IMG/VR virus record: IMGVR_UViG_3300037067_027684
Coordinates: 64,001 to 128,000 of that record
Source of the DNA: a virus
Taxonomy: Duplodnaviria; Caudoviricetes
Direction: 5' to 3' (one strand)
DNA length: 64,000 nt
This document shows positions 18,762 to 27,800 of the stretch, piece by piece (position 1 is the first letter of the stretch; every line of letters starts with the position of its first letter). The position numbers were made by a program, and so were the translations under genes. Under the pieces are notes generated by a model that made no database searches, was not told where the DNA came from, and saw only the letters and a program-made list of their open reading frames with translations.

Positions 18762-20876
18762 TTAGAGAATTATCCAATTGGTGCCATCTGACTGAACCAA
18801 AATGTTTTCATAATCATTTATGATTTGCGAAGTATTCCCATCTATAGTTTGCCCTCCTGTGGTGGTTATTGTGACCGTGTTGATCGTAGCATTCAATTTC
18901 TTCACATTGAATGTTTTGCCTGATGTTGCAGCTGATGGTAATGTTATTGTTACTGAATTTATTGTTGCATCGACAGCAATTGTCCAATCTGATAATTGGG
19001 CAGTATAATCCGATGTTTTGGTTATGATGGGTTTAACTTCTGCGGTTGTGTCACCATAGAGACCACGTAATGTTAGGACATAACCTGTGGTTGCTGTGTA
19101 TGCATCCAGCATTGGTTTGCTGACATAGGAGACGTTGGCGGTATTTGGGTCCGTAGCTGTCAGTAAGCCTGCTGTAGCGGCACTTAGGTAATAGGTTACA
19201 CCTGCGGTTAGTCCAGCGAGGCCAGAAATATATCCTTCAAGGACTACTCGGAATCCTGCTCCGGAAGCAGTTTCGATAATTCCGACTGCTTCGGCATTAG
19301 TTGGTGTGTCAGCTTGTGCTTTAACCCAAGTTCCTGTCACATCTATGCGTACTACATCTCCTGTTGCAAAGGCGTTGGCTTGTGTGATGTCTTGGTAAAC
19401 TGTTGAGCCAGGTCCTGTTGGTCCAGTTTGCACTGGTCCGGTTGGTCCGGTTGTTATTGAAGCTGCGCCAGTTGGACCAGTTGTTATTGAAATTGGGCCG
19501 GTTGGTCCGGTTACTATAGACGCAGGACCAGTTACTCCTGTCGGTCCAGTTGTTATTGAAGTAGCTCCTGTGGGACCAGTTTGAATAGGGCCGGTAGGAC
19601 CAGTTGTTATAGAAGTAGAACCAGTTGGCCCAGTCGTGATTGAAGCTGATCCTGTTGGTCCGGTTTGAATAGGGCCAGTAGGACCAGTTTGTATTGGGCG
19701 GGTTGGACCAGTTTGTATAGGACCAGTTGGTCCAGTTGTTATAGAAGTAGAACCAGTTGGCCCAGTTGTTATAGAAGCTGATCCTGTCGGACCAGTTGTT
19801 ATAGAAGTAGAACCAGTTGGTCCAGTTTGGATAGGACCAGTTGGGCCTGTGATAATTGAAGCCGATCCTGTCGGACCAGTCGTGATTGAAGCTGATCCGG
19901 TTGGTCCAGTTTGGATAGGACCAGTAGGGCCAGTGGTTATTGAAATGGATCCGGTTGGGCCAGTTATTAATGAGTTAGCACCAGTTGGACCAGTTAAAGA
20001 TGTCCCAGTTGGACCTGTTTGTATTGGGCCTGTGGGGCCTGTTGTTATCGAATTGGCACCAGTTGGACCAGTTATCGTAGAATCAGCTCCAGTTGGGCCA
20101 GTAATTATAGAATCAGCTCCAGTAGGACCGGTCCCTCCTCCATCTGCCCCAGTTGGTCCAGTTATTGTGGCTCCAGTAGGACCAGTTTCTCCAAGACCAG
20201 TTGGACCAGTTATGGTAGAATCAGCTCCGGTTGGACCTGTTCCTCCACCATCTGCCCCAGTTGGACCAGTTATGGTAGAATCAGCTCCGGTTGGGCCTGT
20301 TCCCCCTCCAGCGACTCCAGTGGGACCAGTTATAGTAGAATCAGCTCCGGTTGGGCCAGTTTCTCCAAGACCAGTGGGGCCAGTAGTTGAACCTGACCCT
20401 GTAGGACCAGTTATTATAGAATCGGCTCCGGTTGGTCCTGTTCCCCCACCATCTGCTCCTGTTGGACCAGTTATTTGAGAATCAGCTCCGGTTGGACCGG
20501 TTGTCGAACCAGATCCAGTAGGGCCAGTTATCTGGGAATCAGCTCCGGTCGGACCGGTACCTCCACCGTCTGCTCCTGTTGGGCCAGTTATCTGGGAATC
20601 AGCTCCGGTCGGTCCAGTTGCTCCACCACCTGCTCCTGTTGGGCCAGTTCCAAATGCCCCAGTTGGACCAGTTATTGTAGAGGCTGCTCCTGTAGGACCA
20701 AAATCAGCGTTAAGTGGTTGCCAATTAGATAATGGCCCGAAGGGTGCGACTACCGACCAATAATATTGGATTCCGTTGGCTCTAACTGTATAATAATCAC
20801 CAAAAGCATTGCCAACTAGTGGCAAGTCCGTTCGATTCTGAACACAACCTCGATAAACCAGAGCAGCTTTTGCCAT
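18762..20876 (-). CDS. Collagen-like (GPTG repeat) tail fibre/fibril protein
   Basis: About 430 aa of interrupted TGPTG repeats; C-terminal KAQAD...AEAVG / [11 protein letters not shown] and TKTSDYT..TITLPSA..GQTIDG domains. Confidence 0.8.
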   Translation of the reverse strand: MAKAALVYRGCVQNRTDLPLVGNAFGDYYTVRANGIQYYWSVVAPFGPLSNWQPLNADFGPTGAASTITGPTGAFGTGPTGAGGGATGPTGADSQITGPTGADGGGTGPTGADSQITGPTGSGSTTGPTGADSQITGPTGADGGGTGPTGADSIITGPTGSGSTTGPTGLGETGPTGADSTITGPTGVAGGGTGPTGADSTITGPTGADGGGTGPTGADSTITGPTGLGETGPTGATITGPTGADGGGTGPTGADSIITGPTGADSTITGPTGANSITTGPTGPIQTGPTGTSLTGPTGANSLITGPTGSISITTGPTGPIQTGPTGSASITTGPTGSASIITGPTGPIQTGPTGSTSITTGPTGSASITTGPTGSTSITTGPTGPIQTGPTRPIQTGPTGPIQTGPTGSASITTGPTGSTSITTGPTGPIQTGPTGATSITTGPTGVTGPASIVTGPTGPISITTGPTGAASITTGPTGPVQTGPTGPGSTVYQDITQANAFATGDVVRIDVTGTWVKAQADTPTNAEAVGIIETASGAGFRVVLEGYISGLAGLTAGVTYYLSAATAGLLTATDPNTANVSYVSKPMLDAYTATTGYVLTLRGLYGDTTAEVKPIITKTSDYTAQLSDWTIAVDATINSVTITLPSAATSGKTFNVKKLNATINTVTITTTGGQTIDGNTSQIINDYENILVQSDGTNWIIL
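19408..20700 (-). repeat. Degenerate 24-30 bp tandem repeats encoding GPTG-x4-6
   Basis: Recurrent CCAGTTGG(A/T/C)CCAGTT cores on the + strand. Confidence 0.9.
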
Positions 20877-21625
20877 TATTGGCTCAACAATTGAATCCTA
20901 AGACCCACAATTCCCACACTCTCTGTCTGTGGATCAGGACTCCCTTGATAATTTCGATTGAGAAGTATATGGACGATATTGTTACTACCCACACTAATAA
21001 CGTCTAATAGTTCAGTCTCACGTACATCTCCCTCAATGAGATTCAATGTAGAGATGTTGGTGTCATTGACATATAATACTGGTGTTTCGCCAGTAGCAGT
21101 GGCAACATGTGCAGTCGTTCGAATGTCAAAAGTAGTGTTTACGCCACAAGTGAACATCCAAATTAAGGACACTACTATTCTACCATTGAATGTATCATTG
21201 GTTTTTAAATTATAACCAATCACTGACACATCAGTATCTGGCAGTAATAATACTATCTTGTCATTGATAACTGATCGAGTTCCACCGAACCAACTTTCAA
21301 GAGAGGTGGAGGGGACAAAGTCGCCGTCTAGATAACTGTGTTGTAGGGATTGGCTACCAATTAACCAATTAATATATTCCTGAAATCGTGGTCCTCGCTT
21401 CATTCCTGTGATTTGATTTAGGAAGGGCAGGGCTTCATCTGGTATGTCTAATTCAATAGTGTTAGTGTTGCGGTCATAGAAGGTTTCGAATTCGATTGTG
21501 TCGTTGTTGCTTAAAGCTAGTCTAGCGAATAATGCATGTAGAAATAAGTCATTCATAGCTGGGGGATTATTTTTAAATTTAACGGGTGGCTGTATACTTC
21601 TGAATACGTTGCTTCCCCTAGTCAA
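20876..21625 (-). CDS. Probable structural protein
   Basis: 249 aa, SD GGAGG, directly coupled to the fibre gene. Confidence 0.55.
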   Translation of the reverse strand: MTRGSNVFRSIQPPVKFKNNPPAMNDLFLHALFARLALSNNDTIEFETFYDRNTNTIELDIPDEALPFLNQITGMKRGPRFQEYINWLIGSQSLQHSYLDGDFVPSTSLESWFGGTRSVINDKIVLLLPDTDVSVIGYNLKTNDTFNGRIVVSLIWMFTCGVNTTFDIRTTAHVATATGETPVLYVNDTNISTLNLIEGDVRETELLDVISVGSNNIVHILLNRNYQGSPDPQTESVGIVGLRIQLLSQ

Positions 21626-21637
21626 GATATACCTCCA

Positions 21638-22087
21638 TTATTCTACAATCGTTTGCGCGATTTTCTTGACATCCTCGTTCACTATTGGAATTACCGCTTC
21701 GTACATTCTTAGGCCATTTCTCCAGACGCGAGCGATATTTTCAATTTTTCCAGGTAACCCAGCATTGGTTCGTACGAAGTCACAGATTTTTTCAGCGGTT
21801 CTATCTGTGACTTCTTTGCTGCGTTCATCTAGATTACCAATGAAAATGTAGTCATCTACCACATTCTCAGTGATTGGTCCGCCATTGATTAATTTACAGA
21901 GGATCATTCGGTTGTGGGAGGTGGTTTGTATTGTTAAGCCGACTTTGTTGAAGCTTTCTTCCAAGGCGTAGATGCTTTGGTAATCTATACTTTGTCCTAT
22001 TTTATAAAGTAGTTTGCCTAGGTCTTGCTGGTTGGGGGTTGGTTTTGGGGTGTCCATGATGCCTCCTAAGTAGGTTTGGATGGACAA
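21638..22087 (-). CDS. Hypothetical protein
   Basis: 149-aa ORF; GTAAATATT upstream; likely start ATG 22058 region after GGAGG. Confidence 0.55.
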   Translation of the reverse strand: MSIQTYLGGIMDTPKPTPNQQDLGKLLYKIGQSIDYQSIYALEESFNKVGLTIQTTSHNRMILCKLINGGPITENVVDDYIFIGNLDERSKEVTDRTAEKICDFVRTNAGLPGKIENIARVWRNGLRMYEAVIPIVNEDVKKIAQTIVE

Positions 22088-22113
22088 CTAATATTTACCG
22101 TGTAATTAAAAAT

Positions 22114-22887
22114 ATGAAGATTTTTATTAATAATAGTCTGCACTGTGGAGATGTAATTCTTACTAGGGTACTTATAGATGCTTTTCGTAAGAAATTTCCG
22201 AATGCTGAATTATTATTACAATGTCGTGCTCCTGTGCATTATTTGTGGGCAGATTATGGCGTCAAGATTTTCGATACTATGGTTGATTACAGCCTGACAA
22301 CTCCTACTCCGCAATGCCCAAAGGATTTTGAATTCTTTCAGGCTTGGTTTGGTACTTTTCCGGATATTCTTAATACCTATGGTTTAACTCATGCTAATCA
22401 GATCCATACTGTTAATCGACAGATGCAGATGCATGGAACCAATCATTATTTGGATTTACCGACTGAGCCTCCTGTGATTGAGTTGCGTGATCTTCATACA
22501 TTGTGTTCTCCGAATACTATTTTGGTTGAGAATGGTCCTCCTGGTTCAGGGCAGTGTAATGGTGGTTTGGGTCAGTATGTTCGTCGGTTGGCTACTGAAT
22601 TTCCACGATTTAATTTCCTTTGTTCTGCTAATCCGCAGGTTAAATTACCCAACGTGTTTGATGGTTCGGCATATAATCTTTTGGTTATGTCTGATTTATG
22701 TAATAAGTGTGTAGCTTTTATCACTCAGGCTAGTGGCGTGAATGCTTGTACCTATACGAGGTGCAATATTGGTAAGCCGCGTATTTTCTTTGGTTATATT
22801 CGTGGGTGGACTATTTGGGATAATTCGGCGGTTGTTGTGCATACTTATGAACGTTTGGCGGCTGTATTGAGGGAGAAATTATTCTAA
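22114..22887 (+). CDS. GT9-like glycosyltransferase, paralog of 9196-9975
   Basis: GDVILTR..IDAFR.KFP, LVENGP.SGQ, FITQASGVNA, NIGKPR.FFG and IWDNSA shared with the paralog. Confidence 0.55.
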   Translation: MKIFINNSLHCGDVILTRVLIDAFRKKFPNAELLLQCRAPVHYLWADYGVKIFDTMVDYSLTTPTPQCPKDFEFFQAWFGTFPDILNTYGLTHANQIHTVNRQMQMHGTNHYLDLPTEPPVIELRDLHTLCSPNTILVENGPPGSGQCNGGLGQYVRRLATEFPRFNFLCSANPQVKLPNVFDGSAYNLLVMSDLCNKCVAFITQASGVNACTYTRCNIGKPRIFFGYIRGWTIWDNSAVVVHTYERLAAVLREKLF

Positions 22888-23169
22888 TGGTGGCAATAAT
22901 CGTAGTCTAATCTCAGTTTTCTCATCTAGTGGCTTGATATCCAAATCTTTATAAGTGATTCGTCTAGCTTCAACCGCCCAAGCTTCATGCGACAATTCAA
23001 TTAATTCACCACCAACAATAACATGCCAGGAAGTCTCAATATCACTCTCTAACTCCTTTAACTTGGTTTCAATGTCCCTAAAAATACCCTGATAAGCTAG
23101 ACACTGCCGACTATCTGAGTCACGGCAAACAACTAGGCCACTATTGTAGAGAATGACCTTCCGAATCAT
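22879..23169 (-). CDS. Hypothetical protein
   Basis: SD GGAGG before ATG 23169. Confidence 0.55.
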   Translation of the reverse strand: MIRKVILYNSGLVVCRDSDSRQCLAYQGIFRDIETKLKELESDIETSWHVIVGGELIELSHEAWAVEARRITYKDLDIKPLDEKTEIRLRLLPPLE

Positions 23170-23192
23170 AGATACCTCCAAAGGAGATTCAA

Positions 23193-24086
23193 ATGCGTTA
23201 TCTGCTGCTGCTCCCTCTCCTACTTTTAGTTAGCTGTGCTAATCAAACAACTAACCCCGAAGAAGGACCACAAATAAACAATATTAAGGAAGAATTGAAG
23301 AAGGATTCTCATGCATATACTGACAGTAAGGTAGCCGATAGCCAAAATTCCATCCAACAAAATACTAGTGCTTTAGTTGCGGCATCTGTTGGTAAGCTGA
23401 CTGATAAGATAACCGGTGTCGAAGCCAAGATTGATACCACCGTTGGTGAAGTCAATGGGGTTAAGGCTAAGATTGAGACTACTGTTGGTGAAGTCAATGG
23501 GGTTAAAGCCAAGATTGATAGTACTATTAAGGTGGCTGATAAATTAGAGACGAAGGTGGGGGATGTTGACGCTAGGCTCAATAATCAAATAATGCTTAAC
23601 AACGAAATGAAGTTTAGGTTGGACAATCAGATTAAAATAGCCACTGATATGGAAGCTAAACTTGAGGCTCAGTTCAAGTTAAATGCCGAATTAGCCGTTA
23701 AGCTTGGTAATTTAACTGCTAAGATTGATGGTCAAGCTGCTGCTCAAGTTGGTCTGGGAAATAGAATTGATAAAGTTAGTACTGACATGAGTGCTGGTCG
23801 TGATGCTATTAATACTCAATTTACAGGTAATATGATGTGGACAGTTATTATTACTAATGCTTTGTGGACTTTATTGTTATTAGCTGTGGTTTGGGCGTTG
23901 ACACGGATTCAACTTACGCAGTTAGAAGAGGCTCGCCAAAAAGCCGATAATCGGGCCAATAATCTTACGAGGTTGTTGGTCCAGGCCAGTTCTAAGTTGG
24001 AGCCTAATCAGGTCAGGAGTTTAAGGGGTTTCAATTTGTCTGAAGCTCCTAAGGATTCTGAGGATTCCGAAGAACCTAGTGGGTGA
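23193..24086 (+). CDS. Lipoprotein with coiled coil and C-terminal transmembrane helix
   Basis: Lipobox LVSC; 14-aa repeats; TM segment MMWTVIITNALWTLLLLAVVWAL. Confidence 0.7.
   Translation: MRYLLLLPLLLLVSCANQTTNPEEGPQINNIKEELKKDSHAYTDSKVADSQNSIQQNTSALVAASVGKLTDKITGVEAKIDTTVGEVNGVKAKIETTVGEVNGVKAKIDSTIKVADKLETKVGDVDARLNNQIMLNNEMKFRLDNQIKIATDMEAKLEAQFKLNAELAVKLGNLTAKIDGQAAAQVGLGNRIDKVSTDMSAGRDAINTQFTGNMMWTVIITNALWTLLLLAVVWALTRIQLTQLEEARQKADNRANNLTRLLVQASSKLEPNQVRSLRGFNLSEAPKDSEDSEEPSG
23424..23525 (+). repeat. 42-bp tandem repeat (about 2.5 copies)
   Basis: GCCAAGATTGATACCACCGTTGGTGAAGTCAATGGGGTTAAG-like units. Confidence 0.85.
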
Positions 24087-24767
24087 TAGGATCAAACATG
24101 GCCAAAGGTAGAATTGCGAAAGTTACCCGTATACAACCACACCCCGTCAAGTGTGACCGTTGTGGTAAGATATATGATATTGGTCATCCACATGAGTCAT
24201 TCTGTCGTGGTGTGGTTCCACCTAATTCAAAGTGTGAACTTTGTGGTAATGACGAGCAAAAGTCTTTGCTTGAATGTCGTTGTGGTGATATAGTATGTGA
24301 TGATTGTCATGAATACAGGCATAGATGTGGTAGTTTGTGGCCTGAGAAGAGGGATGAAAAATGAACATAGATCATAATAACACTCATAAATTAATTGATT
24401 TTGAATGTTCTTTTGGGCAGAAGTTGGCCAAGAAATTTGGTGATAATACTGCTAGGGAAATTATAAGCTTCTTACAGGTAGAAGGATTACCTATCGAATT
24501 TCCAGCTAAAATGGTCGATGGTATTACTTTGTCTGGTTCTCCAGAACTTAAGCTTGAATTACTTGATGCACAGGGTAGTGTCATTGACGCCAATAATAAG
24601 GGAATAGCGCATCGTCATCGTTTCTTAGTCGCGATAGATGGTAAGCCGCAATTGACTCTTAAGAGTATTAAGATTCCTAAATTAGATTATAACAAGACTG
24701 ATTATTTGAAAGTCAAGTTAACTTACTACTGTATGGCAGAGAGGAATGTTGAACTAAAGGAGAAGAA

Positions 24768-25166
24768 ATGAAGTGGGTGTGCCTAGTTGTATTACTTTGT
24801 TTAGTTGGTTGTGAAGATCCCGAAAAAGATCGTCTTAGAGACGATGTCTCTAAATTCCAAAGGGAAATTATTCAATTAAAAGCACAACTCTCTGCTGAGA
24901 AAACTCCACAGCAAGATATGGTTGAGAAGATGCAAGAACAACAGAAGAAGCATCAAACTGAGATTCTACAACTTCAGAGTACTATTAGTCAATTGCGTGA
25001 TGATTCTGTTAGACCATCTTTGGTTGGTTTGCAAATTGAACTTAGAAGTTTGGATTCCCAGAAAGAACAAATCCACAAGATTTTAGCTCGGCTTAATAAT
25101 GTTGAGAAGGAGCTTGGAATAAGTCTAGCGCTGGTCATTCTCATTTACACTAGGAGAGAGTCATGA
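24768..25166 (+). CDS. Coiled-coil lipoprotein with hydrophobic C-terminus
   Basis: Lipobox LVGC; Q-rich coil; LGISLALVILIY. Confidence 0.6.
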   Translation: MKWVCLVVLLCLVGCEDPEKDRLRDDVSKFQREIIQLKAQLSAEKTPQQDMVEKMQEQQKKHQTEILQLQSTISQLRDDSVRPSLVGLQIELRSLDSQKEQIHKILARLNNVEKELGISLALVILIYTRRES

Positions 25167-25367
25167 AGAAGGGTGTGTTCGTACTGCATGTGCCGATTGG
25201 TAGTTTGTCTGACGAAAGGAAAATTGAGAAGTACATCAAAGCAGTTCTTCGTCCGATTAAGAAAGCTATTAAGCAAATCAAAAGGAGTGGTTATGTAGTA
25301 TTGGTCTTTCCGTCACATGAGCGGACAGAATGTTCAGTAGAAATGCATAATTTTTAGGAGGCGGCAA

Positions 25368-25799
25368 ATGAAGTTGAATAATTGGTTGTTTATTGGTGTT
25401 GTGATAATTTTTATCTTCCTTTGTGCATCGTCATGGCTCAATTACAAATACAGAGTGAGACTGGCCGAAACACAGTCTTATGCTAGGGACATGTGCCTTC
25501 AAGCTCAGAGCAGTTGTAAGAGAGTTGAACGTATGGCTAGGGCCATTGATCTTGCTATCCCAGAGGTACATGACCAATGTATTGTATCACAGTTGTTGGC
25601 TATGCGTAATACTGAACAGAAGTTTGAGATTATTGTTGGCACCTCTAATTTAACCGAGTTAATGGAAACTGGTCGTGTTGAGATTGATGAGCAGGTGCTT
25701 AGATTGCATGGGGATGTGTTGTGTGATCCTGGTCAGCTTGAGGATTTGGGCGATTACATCCTGAAGATGGCGAAGAATGCGGGATCTGATAAGAATTGA
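25368..25799 (+). CDS. N-terminally anchored membrane protein
   Basis: WLFIGVVIIFIFLCA; SD GGAGG. Confidence 0.6.
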   Translation: MKLNNWLFIGVVIIFIFLCASSWLNYKYRVRLAETQSYARDMCLQAQSSCKRVERMARAIDLAIPEVHDQCIVSQLLAMRNTEQKFEIIVGTSNLTELMETGRVEIDEQVLRLHGDVLCDPGQLEDLGDYILKMAKNAGSDKN

Positions 25800-26438
25800 G
25801 GGAAATATGCCAAAAAGTAAAAGTTCTTTGGTTAAGTTAGCTCTATTTCTGGATCACGAAATAGATAATTTTTATAATCGCATTAAGAATCCGAAAAGAG
25901 AATTTTTGTCTGTTGATATTATGCGCAAGGATTTAAGTAAAATAAAAGGAATCAATAAGGATTTGGATAATATTATTGATAAGGCCAATGATAATTGGAG
26001 TCTGGATGATATGCGAATTGGTACTTTATATGTTACTGAAGGAGAGAGTTCTAGTGGCGAGGGTAGTTTGACGATACAAATTGCCCTTAGAATGGTTCCG
26101 TCCTCAATTGGTTTGGAAGAGAAATAAAATGAAAGAACAACGCAGTTACATGATAATTCGTGCTGGTACTACAAGAACCAAAGTATTTCTAGAGCCTAAA
26201 GACAAACGTGGTAACTTCCTATGGTTAATACATACTGCTGGTATTGAAGCATTACAAGAACATCTTGAGAAATATGATATTCAAAACATCAAAGAAATCC
26301 AGAAAGTCAAAGTCAGAATTACAGTGTATAGTCCTGATGATTCTGATAATTATCAGGAAACCATGCGATTCATATTCTCAATGATCAATGATAAGAGAGG
26401 TACTTGGCACAAGATCGAATCATACCTACCATGGTCCA

Positions 26439-27188
26439 TTATGTAGGGATTTCGTTCTCAAACTCAAATTCATCCTCTAAATCTAGATCTTCTTCGCCTT
26501 CTGGTTTGGGTTCGCCCTCTTCTTGTGGGACACCCTCCTCAGTAGTTCCTTCTTCGCCTTCTTCCTCAGGAGGAGTTTCGCCTTCCTTGAACTCCTCTGG
26601 AGGAGCGCCTTCGTCACCAGGAAGTCCACCCAAATCCAAACCCCCACCACCCAAATTAGGTGTTTCGCCTTCTTCTGGCGGCAATTCTCCCTCAGGTTCT
26701 TTTCCGAAGTCTTCAATACCAGATGGTGCGGCTTCCTGCTCATACCTGTTGGAATCACCATCCAACATGTAATCAGCCATGTCTTTGACGTATTGGGCTG
26801 GGTCTACATCACCAGGAATCTTAACTTGTCCCTTGTTCAGGAGTTTGTCGCCTGTATAGAGTTGTGCGATGAATTTACCTGGGACTGATTCTAGACTTCT
26901 GATACGAAGAATGAAACCGTCGTTGCGCCGGAAGGCCATGTCCTTCTTATTGGGTAGCTTGAATGCTTCCCATGTTGGTCCAGTTGGTTCTGGGGGTAAT
27001 GCTGGTCCTTCTGGAATTTCGCCACCGATATCATCTAGTCCTTCTCCACCTTCTTGCGCACTAACTTCTGAGAATCCTAGGTCTTTCAATTCGCCTGGAG
27101 TCTCAGGGCGTTGTGCTGGTGCGTAAGGGTCTCTTGATGTTGGCAATCCCTCAATGTTAGAGGGTTGCTGCGGCGGCTGCTGGGGCAT
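26439..27188 (-). CDS. Acidic Pro/Glu-rich protein (head/scaffold-like)
   Basis: Likely start MPQQPPQQ at 27188; long PPEEEGE tail. Confidence 0.55.
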   Translation of the reverse strand: MPQQPPQQPSNIEGLPTSRDPYAPAQRPETPGELKDLGFSEVSAQEGGEGLDDIGGEIPEGPALPPEPTGPTWEAFKLPNKKDMAFRRNDGFILRIRSLESVPGKFIAQLYTGDKLLNKGQVKIPGDVDPAQYVKDMADYMLDGDSNRYEQEAAPSGIEDFGKEPEGELPPEEGETPNLGGGGLDLGGLPGDEGAPPEEFKEGETPPEEEGEEGTTEEGVPQEEGEPKPEGEEDLDLEDEFEFENEIPT

Positions 27189-27732
27189 TGTCCTGTCCTT
27201 GTATGAAGTCCCTTTGTAAAACACCAGAGATTTCACGGAGTCTTTCGCCAATTTCTATGAATTTGTGGCGCTGTTCACCTTCTGGGTAGTTACCGGCTAG
27301 ATTCATCCATTGTTTAATAATGCCATCCAACTGTCCTTTTGCTTGATCCATAGTATAATTACTACCACTTGGCGTGCCAGGAATCTGTTCTTGTGGGGCT
27401 TGTTCTGGAGCTTGTTCTGGTGCCTGCTCTTGGGGAGCTTGTTCTGGAGCTTGTTCGGGAGTCCCCTGTGGTACATCTGCTGCATCTAACAAGCTGGCTA
27501 AGCTATCTTCTGCTTCACGGAGTAATTCATCGCTCAATGGAACTTTCTGACGTTTGAAATTCATGTTAATTGGTTTGGGTTGGGATACGCTTTGCCGTCC
27601 AGTTCTGATTTTGGATTTCTGTTGCCTGGGTTTGATTTCTTCTAATTCTGAACCTTGTCCTGCTAGGCGCTTATCAACTTTTTCTAGTGGAATTACCTTG
27701 CGTAATGCTTTGCCAAGTGCGTGGTCAAACAT
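27157..27732 (-). CDS. Hypothetical protein with EQAP repeats
   Basis: PEQAPEQAPQEQAP repeats; CAAAAATAAGTAAG upstream. Confidence 0.6.
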   Translation of the reverse strand: MFDHALGKALRKVIPLEKVDKRLAGQGSELEEIKPRQQKSKIRTGRQSVSQPKPINMNFKRQKVPLSDELLREAEDSLASLLDAADVPQGTPEQAPEQAPQEQAPEQAPEQAPQEQIPGTPSGSNYTMDQAKGQLDGIIKQWMNLAGNYPEGEQRHKFIEIGERLREISGVLQRDFIQGQDNAPAAAAATL

Positions 27733-27800
27733 TGGTATTCCCTCAATCTTACTTATTTTTGAATCTTTCGCATAAATATAAAAGAAGACGAGGGATCATC

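Noticed and set aside
19408-20700. CRISPR array
   Set aside because: The repeats are degenerate, in-frame and coding, without unique spacers; no cas genes other than TnpB
9196-22887. Diversity-generating retroelement using the paralogous GT pair
   Set aside because: No reverse transcriptase in the window, and divergence is spread along the genes rather than adenine-specific
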